From: an uncultured virus (IMG/VR IMGVR_UViG_3300025015_000024)
Lineage: Duplodnaviria > Heunggongvirae > Uroviricota > Caudoviricetes
IMG/VR virus record: IMGVR_UViG_3300025015_000024
Coordinates: 1-64,000 of that record
Reading direction: 5' to 3' (one strand)
Length of the DNA: 64,000 nucleotides
In this document: positions 27,137 to 37,209 of the stretch, one piece after another
How positions within the stretch are numbered: the first letter of the stretch is position 1
Layout of the letters: every line of letters begins with the position of its first letter
Program-made: the position numbers and the translations under genes
The notes under the pieces: model-generated
What the model was told of the DNA's origin: nothing
The model's input: only the letters and a program-made list of their open reading frames with translations
Database searches by the model: none

Positions 27137-28114
27137 ATGAAAACTTTAAAATCCGTTGGTGAGTTCCCAAATATAAGAAAAGGAGAAATCAAAAAAGGAA
27201 ATAATAATATCTTGTCTTCCCTCAAAATTAAAAATGATTTAAACAGAGATATTTGGGATGAAAATGATCAACTAAAAGAAAATATAAAAAAAAATCTTTT
27301 GGAAGTTGGAAAAGATTTCTTTGATTATCTTGAATTAACCACAGAAATTAAAGATATAATAATAACAGGTTCTCTTTCAAATTATAATTGGTCCAAATAT
27401 TCGGATATTGATTTACATGTTATTTTTGATTTTAATGATGTCAAAGAATCTGATGATATAGAATTTATAAAAGAATACAGCAATGCAAAAAAATCAATTT
27501 GGAATGATACCCACAATATAAAAATAAAAGGATTCGAGGTAGAAATATATGGGCAAGATAAAAATGAGGTTCATAAATCTAATGGTATTTATTCTGTTTT
27601 AAATAATAAATGGATAATAAAACCAATAAAAAAAGAATTTAAAGTTGACTATGAATTAATTAAAAATAAAGCAAATCAATTAATGAAAGAAATTGATAAT
27701 TTATCTTCTGATAATAATTTAATAAAAAAAATTGATAAGATTAAAGATAAAATAAAACGTATGAGAGAATGTGGTCTTGAACAGGGTGGGGAATATTCCA
27801 TTGAAAATTTAACTTTTAAAATGTTAAAAAGAAGTGGTTATTTAAAAAAACTAAATGATATTAAAAATAAATCTTATGATAATGAACTCTCAATTAAAGA
27901 AAAGTTAAATACAGAAGAATCTGATATGGGTCCAACTATTGGAGAACCAAAGGATAAACATGGATATGATGATTCTGGGAATGAAAATGCAATGGGTTGG
28001 TGGGGATTGGAAGGTGGTGGAAGTTCCGATTATTCCTCATCTTCCTTTGATTCAAGTTCCGATATTTTTGATTTAAAAGAATCATTAAAAAAAGAATTAA
28101 GAAAATATTTATAA
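27137..28114 (+). CDS. Pol-beta-like nucleotidyltransferase
   Basis: TGSLSNYNWSKYSDIDLH, VEIYGQD and GEYSIENLTFK motifs. Confidence 0.8.
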   Translation: MKTLKSVGEFPNIRKGEIKKGNNNILSSLKIKNDLNRDIWDENDQLKENIKKNLLEVGKDFFDYLELTTEIKDIIITGSLSNYNWSKYSDIDLHVIFDFNDVKESDDIEFIKEYSNAKKSIWNDTHNIKIKGFEVEIYGQDKNEVHKSNGIYSVLNNKWIIKPIKKEFKVDYELIKNKANQLMKEIDNLSSDNNLIKKIDKIKDKIKRMRECGLEQGGEYSIENLTFKMLKRSGYLKKLNDIKNKSYDNELSIKEKLNTEESDMGPTIGEPKDKHGYDDSGNENAMGWWGLEGGGSSDYSSSSFDSSSDIFDLKESLKKELRKYL

Positions 28115-28142
28115 CTTTTCTTTTTATGTAATATTTATATAA

Positions 28143-28265
28143 TGAAGTTTGTTTAAATTGGTTAATAAAATAATCAATAAAATATTAAAAACCCAATACC
28201 ATTCATTTTTTTCCAATATTAATCAATTGGCAAACTTCAAAATGGGTGTGAGGGTTTTATATTTT
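28143..28265 (+). promoter_or_regulatory. Structured leader upstream of the HNH endonuclease
   Basis: Interleaved inverted repeats 28143-28167/28217-28239 and 28180-28209/28239-28264. Confidence 0.6.
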
Positions 28266-28284
28266 TTTAAAAAAATAAACTTAT

Positions 28285-29298
28285 ATGATAATAACAAAAT
28301 TTATAAAAATAAAAATTGGGGGTGGAAATATAAAACATTTTAAAAATTTAGGATATAAAATAAAGCGATTGGATATTATTACAATACCTATTGAACACCT
28401 ACAAAAAGGAAGTCATCAAAAGATTAAAGTAAAATGTGATGTTTGTAATATAGAAAAAGAAATAGAACATAGATTATATTTAAAAAATACTAAAAATTAT
28501 ACTATTGAATATTCTTGTTCTCAAAAATGTGCTTATAATATAGGTAAAAATCAAAAAACTTGTTTAAAAAAATATGGAGTGGAATTTACATCTCAAATAA
28601 AAGAACATAAGGAATTAGTAATAGAAACATGGAATAACAAATCAGAAAAAGAGTTAGAAGAAATAAATAATAAACGTAATAATACTAAAAAAGAACTTTA
28701 TGGAGATAAGTATTATAATAATATGGATAAAAATAAACAAACAAAATTAAAAAACCATGGAGATGAAAATTATAATAACAGAAATAAATTTATAAAAACT
28801 TGTTTAAAAAAATATGGAGTAGAAAATGTTTTTCAAGTGGAAGAAATTAAAGAAATATCTAACCAAACTATATTAAACACTTATGGTGTTAAACATGTCA
28901 TGCATTCAGATAAAATTAAAAATAAAGCATTTGAAACTAGATATGGAATAACTCATGAAAAATTTATTGAAAGATTATCTGATTTCTTAAAATATAGAAA
29001 AAAAATTTTAAAAATAACAAATCAGCAATTATTATTTTTATTAAAAAATTATAATAAAAGAGGAAATACTAAAATAAAAGGATCTTATCATATTGATCAT
29101 AAATTTTCAATTTTTGAGGGGTTTGTACAAAACATATCTCCACACATTATCGGTAATATAGTTAATCTTGAAATGTTAACTTGGGAAGATAATTGTAGTA
29201 AACATACTAAGTGTTCATTAACAAAAAAAGAATTGTTTAATTTATATGACAATAAAAATAAAATATTGAAACAACTAGAAAAAGAATATAAAAAATAA
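28285..29298 (+). CDS. Free-standing HNH homing-endonuclease-like protein
   Basis: VKCDVC and CSQKC zinc motifs, KTCLKKYGV repeats, C-terminal YHIDHK...NLEML...N.SK. Confidence 0.75.
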   Translation: MIITKFIKIKIGGGNIKHFKNLGYKIKRLDIITIPIEHLQKGSHQKIKVKCDVCNIEKEIEHRLYLKNTKNYTIEYSCSQKCAYNIGKNQKTCLKKYGVEFTSQIKEHKELVIETWNNKSEKELEEINNKRNNTKKELYGDKYYNNMDKNKQTKLKNHGDENYNNRNKFIKTCLKKYGVENVFQVEEIKEISNQTILNTYGVKHVMHSDKIKNKAFETRYGITHEKFIERLSDFLKYRKKILKITNQQLLFLLKNYNKRGNTKIKGSYHIDHKFSIFEGFVQNISPHIIGNIVNLEMLTWEDNCSKHTKCSLTKKELFNLYDNKNKILKQLEKEYKK

Positions 29299-29354
29299 TA
29301 AAATATAAATTTTTTTCTATTTAACTAATATTTATAATAAAAATATAAAAAATT

Positions 29355-30248
29355 ATGCCAAATTATTCAGAACAATATTTTAATCAAGATGCAGGGCAAC
29401 CTGCAGGTTTTTCTGATCAGGACAGAACAATTATAAAAGAAATTGAAGTTAGTGGGGATTCCACCAATAAAAAGTACATGGCCCAGCTTGTTGTTGTAAG
29501 GGGTGCTGGGGTTTCTCTTTCTACAGGAGATATTAATGTGGAATTATCACATTCAACCGATAGTGTTAGATTGGGAGATGCAACCACATTAACAAAAGTT
29601 GCTACTGGTGGATTTCTACTTGTTTCTGGGCAAACGGAAATAAAAAATGTTTCAACTGCTGCTGGCGGATTTTTACTTGTTTCTGGGCAAACATCAATAA
29701 AAGATGTTGCAGTTTCTGGCAGTAGTTTACAGGTAATTTTGACTGATAATGAAGGTATGATCGGTTCTGTTGTGGGAAAATCTAAAAAACCACAAATTTC
29801 CATAACTCGCCCATCCAATACTACTACCTATTCGATTTTGGATACAATTAATTCTGGAACTACCGTTATGGAAAGATTTAATATTGCCAGATCAAATAAC
29901 AAACTAGTGTGGTGTTTGGGGGGACATATGTCAAGTTCCGTTTCCGCAGCAACTTCTTTAAATTGTGATCTTCATATATTTTCATCTGGATTAACCGTAA
30001 CATCAGATAATACTTTATGGCAACCAAATGTTAATGAATTAACACATCATTTAGGTGTTGTATCATTTTCAAGTTGGAAAGTTTTAGGAAATAGATCTGT
30101 TTCTGAAGGTAGTATTGAACAACCTTTTCTTTTAACTCCAGACCCAGATAATCCCTCTTCCGTTTGGAGTGAACTTATTGCCAGAAATGCTTATGTTCCT
30201 TCAAGTGCCGAAATATTAACTGCCAGTTTGGATATTTCACAAGATTAA
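29355..30248 (+). CDS. Putative virion structural protein
   Basis: Gly/Ser/Thr-rich, duplicated GGFLLVSGQT, preceded by the late motif. Confidence 0.6.
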   Translation: MPNYSEQYFNQDAGQPAGFSDQDRTIIKEIEVSGDSTNKKYMAQLVVVRGAGVSLSTGDINVELSHSTDSVRLGDATTLTKVATGGFLLVSGQTEIKNVSTAAGGFLLVSGQTSIKDVAVSGSSLQVILTDNEGMIGSVVGKSKKPQISITRPSNTTTYSILDTINSGTTVMERFNIARSNNKLVWCLGGHMSSSVSAATSLNCDLHIFSSGLTVTSDNTLWQPNVNELTHHLGVVSFSSWKVLGNRSVSEGSIEQPFLLTPDPDNPSSVWSELIARNAYVPSSAEILTASLDISQD

Positions 30249-30287
30249 TCGGAAAAATTATTTGAATTTAAATTAAATATTTAAAAT

Positions 30288-30542
30288 GTGAAAAATAAAA
30301 TAATTAGATTAACAGAATCAGAACTTAAACAAATTATTGAACACCAGGTTTATTCAAATGTTTGGAAAAAGGATTTTTATGGATATATTAAAAGATTGAA
30401 GGGTTTAATTGATGGAATTAATAAATCATTTGATTCAATGGATGATATTTCTTTTGATGATGAGATTAAGGAAAACTTTATTGAGGATTTAAAAAATGTT
30501 GGAAAAATGGTTAAGATTTCTGTGGATAAATTGGAAAAATAA
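30288..30542 (+). CDS. Putative head-packaged protein
   Basis: IRLTESELKQIIE N-terminal motif. Confidence 0.65.
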   Translation: MKNKIIRLTESELKQIIEHQVYSNVWKKDFYGYIKRLKGLIDGINKSFDSMDDISFDDEIKENFIEDLKNVGKMVKISVDKLEK

Positions 30543-30564
30543 TTTTTAAAAATATAATTAACTA

Positions 30565-31293
30565 ATGAACCCCAGACTAAGAAAAACTCTTTTATTCAAT
30601 ACTAAGAAATTTAAGAATCAATATAGCTTTCTCTTTGATGGAATTAATGAATATATTGAAAGAAATAATGCAATAATCAATGGAACTCCTGCAACTTTTA
30701 GTGCGTGGATAAAGTTAAGTAGTTTAAATTTAGTTCAAAGAATAACCACAATAAATCAAAAATCTACTACTACTAATGTATTATCAATCTTTATTGATGC
30801 AAATAATAAGGCCAATGCACAGCATTTTGATGTGGATGGTGTAGCGGCATTAAGTACAACTGTTTTGACAACCAATACTTGGTATCATATAGTCGGGGTT
30901 TTTACAAGTGATTCTTCAAGAACTATTTACGTAAATGGGGTTTCGGAAAATACAAATACAACAGTTCAATCCGCAATGACTGGATTAGATTACACATCTT
31001 TTGGTTATATTGCTTGGACCACTAATATTCAGTTTTTTAATGGAAATATTGATGAAGTAGGTTTTTTTAACACCAATTTAACCGCAGCACAAATAACTGA
31101 AATATATAATAATGGCAAGCCCAAAGACTTAAAAAAACATAGTATGGTAAATAATCTTGTTAGCTATTTTAGAATGGGAGATAAATCAACATGGGATGGA
31201 ACAAATTGGACATTAGTGGATCAAAAAGGAACTAATAATGGAACAAGTGTGAACATGGAATATAATGACAGGAGTCTTGATGTAAAATTATAA
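30565..31293 (+). CDS. LamG/concanavalin A-like domain virion protein
   Basis: FDGINEY, TFSAWIK, WYHIVGV, IYVNG and FNGNIDEV motifs. Confidence 0.85.
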   Translation: MNPRLRKTLLFNTKKFKNQYSFLFDGINEYIERNNAIINGTPATFSAWIKLSSLNLVQRITTINQKSTTTNVLSIFIDANNKANAQHFDVDGVAALSTTVLTTNTWYHIVGVFTSDSSRTIYVNGVSENTNTTVQSAMTGLDYTSFGYIAWTTNIQFFNGNIDEVGFFNTNLTAAQITEIYNNGKPKDLKKHSMVNNLVSYFRMGDKSTWDGTNWTLVDQKGTNNGTSVNMEYNDRSLDVKL

Positions 31294-31341
31294 TGATAAA
31301 AAATAAATTTTTAACTTAATATTTATAAATAAAATAATAAC

Positions 31342-31608
31342 ATGGTAGAAAATCTATATAAAATATTACCAATAACATCTGTTAGGCCAGAATGGTTTGG
31401 TGTTGCTACTGTTGAAAAATCATTAGAAAATTGTAGAAAAAATAATGATGGAACCAAGGTTATATTGAAAATCCCAGTTGGAGTCAAAGATATTAATGAT
31501 GTTCCTGACAAATGGAAACAAGATTTTATAAACAGTTCACCTTTTATGAATCATTCTCAAATTTTAATTGAAATGAGTAAACCTGAATGGGTCTCTAATA
31601 TGATTTAA
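31342..31608 (+). CDS. Hypothetical protein accompanying the LamG protein
   Basis: RKNNDGTKVILK ... EMSKPEW motif pattern. Confidence 0.65.
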   Translation: MVENLYKILPITSVRPEWFGVATVEKSLENCRKNNDGTKVILKIPVGVKDINDVPDKWKQDFINSSPFMNHSQILIEMSKPEWVSNMI

Positions 31609-31671
31609 TTAATTTTTAAAAAAAATAAACATATATTTATAATAAAATATAAACTTTTTTAAACTTACGTA

Positions 31672-31679
31672 TATTTATA
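31672..31679 (+). promoter_or_regulatory. Putative phage late promoter TATTTAT(A)
   Basis: Recurs just upstream of structural genes at 29329, 31672, 33574, 35242, 41312, 48241, 50755, 52123, 57441, 59823 and 61285. Confidence 0.65.
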
Positions 31680-31725
31680 ATAAAAAAATAAGAAATAAAA
31701 AATAATAATATTTAAATAAAAAATT

Positions 31726-32934
31726 ATGAACGACAAATCACAAAATTCAGAAAAAATAGTAGGAAAAGAATACTATGACAGATTAAGGGTTTTATCTGGA
31801 ATACCACTGAAAGAAGAAAAAGAAAATAAAGATAATACAAAAACTGTTATAAAAGAAGGTATTATTAGTTCTCCAGAACTTATAAAAGATTCTATTAAAA
31901 AAGCATGGGGTAAAAATTATTCAATACTTCGTGAGAATCATAAATATTTTATCAAGACAGCCACTGGAACTAAAAAACCTGAACAATTAGACGAATCAGA
32001 TTTTACATATATTGGTGGACTTGGAAATAAACTTAAATATAGATATGATTCATTGGCTGAGGCACAAAAACAACTTAACTTTATAATGAAATCTCTTAAT
32101 GAAGCATATAATTGGGTTAGCCCAGACACAATGGTAAAAGAACAAGTAATTGGTGGTGAAGAAGAAAAACCAGATGAAGAAGAACCTATTGCTGAACCAG
32201 AAACAGAAGTATCGCCAGAAGCATCTGCAGGGGTGGAAGAACCTGTTGGTGATAATATTCCATCAGCAGAACCAGAAGGTGGAGTTGCTCCAGATGCTGG
32301 TTTGGATGAACCATTAGCAGAACCAGAAGTGTCAGCAGAACCAGAAGTTTCTGATGATTTGGGTGATGATTTAGGTGATGATTTAGAAGATGATCCAGTT
32401 CAATTAATTCAATCATTAAAAGGAAAATTGGCACAAAAAATAAGGATGACCGAATTAACACCAGAAGCAACCAAGGACGTTTTAAATACTATTATATCCG
32501 CTCTTGATTTACAACAAGTGGATCCAGATGATAGATTATCAATAGCAAAAAAAGTTAGAAAGGGTGGTTCTGTAGAAAAAGAAGTAGAACTCCAAGAAGA
32601 TTTTGGTGATAAATCAAAAGGAACACAAACTGTTGGGAAAGGAAAAGTTACAAGTACGGCTGGTGGTGGAACTACAGAAAAGAAAAAAGGTGAATTTGGT
32701 AAATCTGCCAAAGGAACTCAGTCAATGGGTAAGGGTAGATTAAAAGCAGAAAGTGTTGAACTTATTGAAAAATTGGTAAAGGAATCATTGCTCAAATATA
32801 GAAAACCTGTTGTTAATCAACAACCTGTTAAAAAAGTAGTTTCTGAAAATAAAAATAGAACTTTTACTTCAGAAAGGTCAGATTTAAAAAGGATTGAAAA
32901 TCTTATTGAATCTGTTCTTAAAAAAAAAGCCTAG
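31726..32934 (+). CDS. Acidic prohead-core-like protein
   Basis: Many I/LxE sites, Pro/Glu-rich linker, IQSLKGKLAQKIR block, RLRVLSGI N-terminus. Confidence 0.7.
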   Translation: MNDKSQNSEKIVGKEYYDRLRVLSGIPLKEEKENKDNTKTVIKEGIISSPELIKDSIKKAWGKNYSILRENHKYFIKTATGTKKPEQLDESDFTYIGGLGNKLKYRYDSLAEAQKQLNFIMKSLNEAYNWVSPDTMVKEQVIGGEEEKPDEEEPIAEPETEVSPEASAGVEEPVGDNIPSAEPEGGVAPDAGLDEPLAEPEVSAEPEVSDDLGDDLGDDLEDDPVQLIQSLKGKLAQKIRMTELTPEATKDVLNTIISALDLQQVDPDDRLSIAKKVRKGGSVEKEVELQEDFGDKSKGTQTVGKGKVTSTAGGGTTEKKKGEFGKSAKGTQSMGKGRLKAESVELIEKLVKESLLKYRKPVVNQQPVKKVVSENKNRTFTSERSDLKRIENLIESVLKKKA

Positions 32935-33190
32935 CGCTAAGCAACAAATAAAGGAAAGTATTGCCCCAAACGAAATTCTTACAATGTTTGAATTTGCAAT
33001 GGCAATGCTTGGAGTTGGTGGGTTAGCATTTGCTGCATTTTTAACATCTGGAGGTTGGGGGGCCACAAAACGAATAGCTGTTAATTTATTTAAAAAATTA
33101 GGAAAAATAGATAGTGCTCGTAAACTAGAGACTGCTGATGATTCGGCTATACAACAAGCCATTACCCAAATAAAACAAAAAACAAAATAA
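32894..33190 (+). CDS. TM-containing ORF, possibly a +1 frameshift extension of 31726
   Basis: Overlaps the A9 run at 32920-32928; weak TTG start. Confidence 0.5.
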   Translation: MKILLNLFLKKKPSAKQQIKESIAPNEILTMFEFAMAMLGVGGLAFAAFLTSGGWGATKRIAVNLFKKLGKIDSARKLETADDSAIQQAITQIKQKTK

Positions 33191-33467
33191 CCCTAAATCC
33201 AATATAAGATATAAAACTGAAAAATATAAATTTTATTAAATTTATATTACCTTTCATCTTTATTTTTTTTGATGTTACCCACTCTTCATTTGGTGTTACC
33301 CACAATATTAAATTATACATTAAAAAAAACAATAAACAAAAAATTCCCAAATATATGTGATTTAAATAAAATGAAAGGAACATTAAAAAAAACATTATTA
33401 TTGCCATTCCCTGTACATTAGATTTTACTTTATTTAATGATACAAGAAATAAATGAATATTTTTCAT
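33162..33467 (-). CDS. Small multi-TM membrane protein
   Basis: Three hydrophobic segments; reverse host-type promoter near 33511. Confidence 0.65.
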   Translation of the reverse strand: MKNIHLFLVSLNKVKSNVQGMAIIMFFLMFLSFYLNHIYLGIFCLLFFLMYNLILWVTPNEEWVTSKKIKMKGNINLIKFIFFSFISYIGFRVILFFVLFG

Positions 33468-33503
33468 TGTCTTTAAGTTTTAATTATTAAATAAATACCA
33501 TTT

Positions 33504-33585
33504 CATAATACAAAGGTAAGTAAAATAAATGACATTTTCAAGTAAAAAATGAATTATTTTTAAAATAAATAGATATTTATAATAA
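33504..33585. repeat. Back-to-back early/late promoter cassette
   Basis: About 80-bp near-identical copy at 35172-35253; partial copies near 47469 and 47767. Confidence 0.8.
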
Positions 33586-34614
33586 ATGAGTGAAACATTA
33601 ACAAAAAATTATTTAAAGAAATTTTATAATTTATCAAATTATGACCTTTCAGGTGAAATTATAAAAGAAGAAAAAGAATTGCTTGAAGAGGGTTGGCTGG
33701 GAAGAATTGCTGGTCTTTTGGGTATTACCGTTGCCTCATTTAGTTCAGCACTTTCTCAAAAAGTGGATATACAACAATTATCAAATAAGGTTGATTATGA
33801 AACGTTAAATAAAATTGAAATGGCAATGAAAGATCCATCAGTTGAACAAAAACTCAATCAACTTGGAATTCCTGATAATAATATTCAAAGAACAATAAAT
33901 AGGTTGGAAAAAACAAAAAAAGTTAGTGGGATTAAGGAAAAACAAGTTTTAAACGATGAACAATTAGTAAATTTATTAAAACAAGGATGGAATTTAACAG
34001 GAGTACAAACTGACACAATAATTAATACCTTTCAAACAATTACTCCAGAAAGTGATATAATACAATACACACATACCTTAAGCGATAATGCATTTTTTGC
34101 TAGCGGGGGGCACGCATTAAATAATCAAGAAATTCAAAAATTAACAAATACCATAGATTCATTACAACAACAGGGAAATGTTTTATTAAATATTTCAATA
34201 GAATCCTCAACTGATAAACAAGGACTTTCAATTAATCTTCAGAATAAATTAGAAGATTTGAGATATTCAAAAGATAATAATGGGTTATCCAAAATAAGAA
34301 ATGATCAAATAAAACAAATATTAATTAGTAAAGGAATTGATGATAGTTTAATAGGTCAAGTAATATTATCAGAACAAGGAACACAAATAATTGATAAAAA
34401 TGCAAGGTATGTTAAAATTAGATTTAATATATCTTATCTTCCAGAAACCCCCCCACCAGGACCAAAAATAGATACTACATATAAACAAACATATAATTTA
34501 ATATATTTATATTCTAAACAAAAATCACCAAAATCACCAAAAATTAAAATACCTTCTTGTAAAATTAAAATAAAATTATTTAATAAAAAATCTATTTGTC
34601 CTGCTTACCAATAG
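33586..34614 (+). CDS. Putative head-packaged protein with cryptic signal peptide and OmpA-like domain
   Basis: LLEE|GWLGRIAGLLGITVASFSSALS|Q; FASGGHAL, ISIESSTD, LSKIR and RYVKIRF blocks. Confidence 0.6.
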   Translation: MSETLTKNYLKKFYNLSNYDLSGEIIKEEKELLEEGWLGRIAGLLGITVASFSSALSQKVDIQQLSNKVDYETLNKIEMAMKDPSVEQKLNQLGIPDNNIQRTINRLEKTKKVSGIKEKQVLNDEQLVNLLKQGWNLTGVQTDTIINTFQTITPESDIIQYTHTLSDNAFFASGGHALNNQEIQKLTNTIDSLQQQGNVLLNISIESSTDKQGLSINLQNKLEDLRYSKDNNGLSKIRNDQIKQILISKGIDDSLIGQVILSEQGTQIIDKNARYVKIRFNISYLPETPPPGPKIDTTYKQTYNLIYLYSKQKSPKSPKIKIPSCKIKIKLFNKKSICPAYQ

Positions 34615-35174
34615 CCATTGAAAGTAACGTATATATTTATATTATCTATATCTGTTACTAGAGTATTAAAACTATTAACATAATAATATTCATATTCAAT
34701 AATTGAATTTGAACCATATTTAATATTTTCATTCAATAAAAATTCATTGTGAAGTTTTGAACTAATCCAATTTTTCAATATTTGATCTACAATAAATTCA
34801 TTCATTTTTAAGATTGATGCAAAAAAAACATTTTCACCCACAAAAACATCCCCTTTTAAATAATATTTAGTTCTATCTGTGGGAGATTTTAATTTTTTAA
34901 TTCCCCTAACATTTTTATTTTCGGCATGACCCAATAGTATCCACATATCATTATTTTCATAAACCGTATCATTTGGAATTTTATTCAAATTAACTAAATA
35001 ATTTGAATGATGTTCAGATGCTTTAAATAAATCATTATCCCAAATAAGTTCATTTAATCCTTTTGATACTCTGTATTCATTAATTTTTTCAAATAATAAG
35101 GAATCATATTTGGTTTGTGAGAATAGATTAAACCAAATAAAAGTTAAAAATAATATCATTATAAGTTTTTTCAT
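34605..35174 (-). CDS. Secreted CAP-domain protein
   Basis: Signal peptide MKKLIMILFLTFIWFNLFS|Q; INEYR..GL, H, GEN and W.SS..H..LL CAP motifs. Confidence 0.8.
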   Translation of the reverse strand: MKKLIMILFLTFIWFNLFSQTKYDSLLFEKINEYRVSKGLNELIWDNDLFKASEHHSNYLVNLNKIPNDTVYENNDMWILLGHAENKNVRGIKKLKSPTDRTKYYLKGDVFVGENVFFASILKMNEFIVDQILKNWISSKLHNEFLLNENIKYGSNSIIEYEYYYVNSFNTLVTDIDNINIYVTFNGYW

Positions 35175-35292
35175 AATACAAAGATAAGTAAAATATTTGA
35201 CATTTCCAAGTAAAAAGTGAATTATTTTTAAAATAAATAGATATTTATAATAAAATAAATATTATATAACATGGAACTATTGGTTAATAAAA

Positions 35293-36408
35293 ATGTTAAA
35301 AGCATATAAATATAGAATTTATCCAACAAAAGAACAAAAAATTCTGATAGAAAAACATTTTGGATGCTGCCGGCTCGTTTTTAATCTTGCATTGGAAATA
35401 AAGCAATATGCTTATAAAACACAGCATAAATATTTATCTTCTTTTGATTTATGTTATCAACTTCCTGATTTGAAAAAAGAATTCACATGGATTAATGAAA
35501 TTGATAGTCAGGCATTACAGTCAAGCATTAAAAAACTTGATATCGCCTTTAAGAATTTTTTAAAACACGGAGCAGGCTTTCCAAAGTATAAATCAAAGGA
35601 CAATAAACAAAGTTTTCAATGCCCCAATAATACACGCAGGATAAACTGGAAGGAAAATACTTTGGATTTGCCTAAAATAAAAGGGATTCCTATTGTATTA
35701 TCAAGAACATTTAAGGGAAAAATAAAAACAATTACTATAAGCCGGACACCAACATATAAGTATTTTGCTTCCATTTTGGTAGATACAAATATTGTTATTC
35801 CAGAGAAACCACAAATAACAGAAAACAAAACATTAGGTATTGATTTAGGTTTGAAAGATTTTGCAATATTGAGCAATGGGGAGAAATTTGCTAACCCTAA
35901 ATTTTTGAAAAACAATATTGAACGATTAAAAGTTTTACAAAGAAGAGCAAGCAAGAAAATGAAGGGAAGTCAAAACAAGAAGAAAGCAAATTTAAGAGTT
36001 GCTATTAAACATGAAAATATAAAAAATAAACGGGATGACTTTCTGCACAAATTGTCTTCACGACTAATCTGCGAGAGCCAAGCAGATACATTTGTGTTTG
36101 AAAATTTGTCATCTCAAAATATGATGGCTAATCATAATCTGGCACAAGCAATCAGCGATGTGAGTTGGGCCAAACTCGTTGAGATGATGAAATATAAAGG
36201 GGAATGGTATGGAAAAAATATTTTATTCATTGACCGATTTGCGCCAAGCAGCAAGACTTGTTCTAATTGCAATTTTGTTAATGATAAATTAACATTATCA
36301 GATAGAGATTGGCAATGTATTGTATGTGGCGTAACCCATGACCGGGACATCAATGCAGCAAAAAATATAAAGTTCATGGGATTAAAGAAAGTAAAGATAT
36401 GGGATTAA
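35293..36408 (+). mobile_element. tnpB: TnpB (IS200/IS605 family), intact; omegaRNA/right end at about 36410-36510
   Basis: HTH start, GIDLG, FENL, SSKTCSNC, CIVC and DRDINAA RuvC motifs. Confidence 0.93.
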
Positions 36409-36467
36409 AAAAAGCAGGGATGCGGATGCCCGAAGTGCCTGTGGAGTTGCCAACATTGGCTGGAACT

Positions 36468-36926
36468 ATGAAGCAGGAAATTGGTTTTTCAATTAAACCA
36501 ATAATTTCGAAAGAACAATTACGTCTTGTTTTTGTAAATAAAATAGGATTGGATGTTTATGGTAAAACAATATATGAGTTTGTTTTTTCAAATAATGATA
36601 TAACTAAAGTAACGGGGGAAGATTGGAATAATTATCCTGCCAATGGAGAACCCCAACCGCCTAATAAAAAATATATTGAGGATGTTGGTTCAATTAAAAC
36701 AGACAAATTTGAATTGGATGTAATTCAAGATTCTGGGTTCTTTGGAATGTGTGATGCACAAGATGGAATAATTGCATTGGCATGGGAAATAAATAAAAGT
36801 GATAATGAAGATGATATCAATGAAACAGATAAAAGATTAATATTTCATTACGGAGAATTGGAATCATCAGTAAATGATAAATTATATTCAAAGGACATTC
36901 AATTGGAAAGTATTAATAACAAATAA
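36468..36926 (+). CDS. Conserved hypothetical phage protein upstream of TerL; start appears to be supplied by the IS right end
   Basis: LRLVFVNKIG..IYEFVFS..DAQDGIIALAWE..LIFHYGE..KLYSKD; in-frame ATG at 36468. Confidence 0.7.
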   Translation: MKQEIGFSIKPIISKEQLRLVFVNKIGLDVYGKTIYEFVFSNNDITKVTGEDWNNYPANGEPQPPNKKYIEDVGSIKTDKFELDVIQDSGFFGMCDAQDGIIALAWEINKSDNEDDINETDKRLIFHYGELESSVNDKLYSKDIQLESINNK

Positions 36927-36936
36927 AATTAAAAAT

Positions 36937-37209
36937 ATGGAAAAAACAATTAAATTAACAGAAAAAGAAGTAAAAAATATTCTTGAAAAAGAATTAAATA
37001 AAAATAATAATGAAAATATTGATGAGATTGTATCAATTGATTCAGAAACAGCAGAAAAAGACCCAGATTTAGTTAAAAAATTACAAGATAAAATAGGTAA
37101 TGAAGATATTATTCAAATAAAAGAAGAACAAATAATAAAATTAATTAAAAATCATCAAAATCCAAAAATATCAAAAAATAAATTATTGGAAACTTTAAAT
37201 TTAAAATAA
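36937..37209 (+). CDS. Putative head-packaged protein
   Basis: MEKTIKLTEKEVKNILEKE; ATG 36937 preferred over 36874. Confidence 0.65.
   Translation: MEKTIKLTEKEVKNILEKELNKNNNENIDEIVSIDSETAEKDPDLVKKLQDKIGNEDIIQIKEEQIIKLIKNHQNPKISKNKLLETLNLK

Noticed and set aside
36399..36467. Annotated N-terminus MGLKKAGMRMPEVPVELPTLAGT
   Set aside because: It overlaps the tnpB stop and the omegaRNA/right-end sequence, and is unlikely to be part of the native protein.
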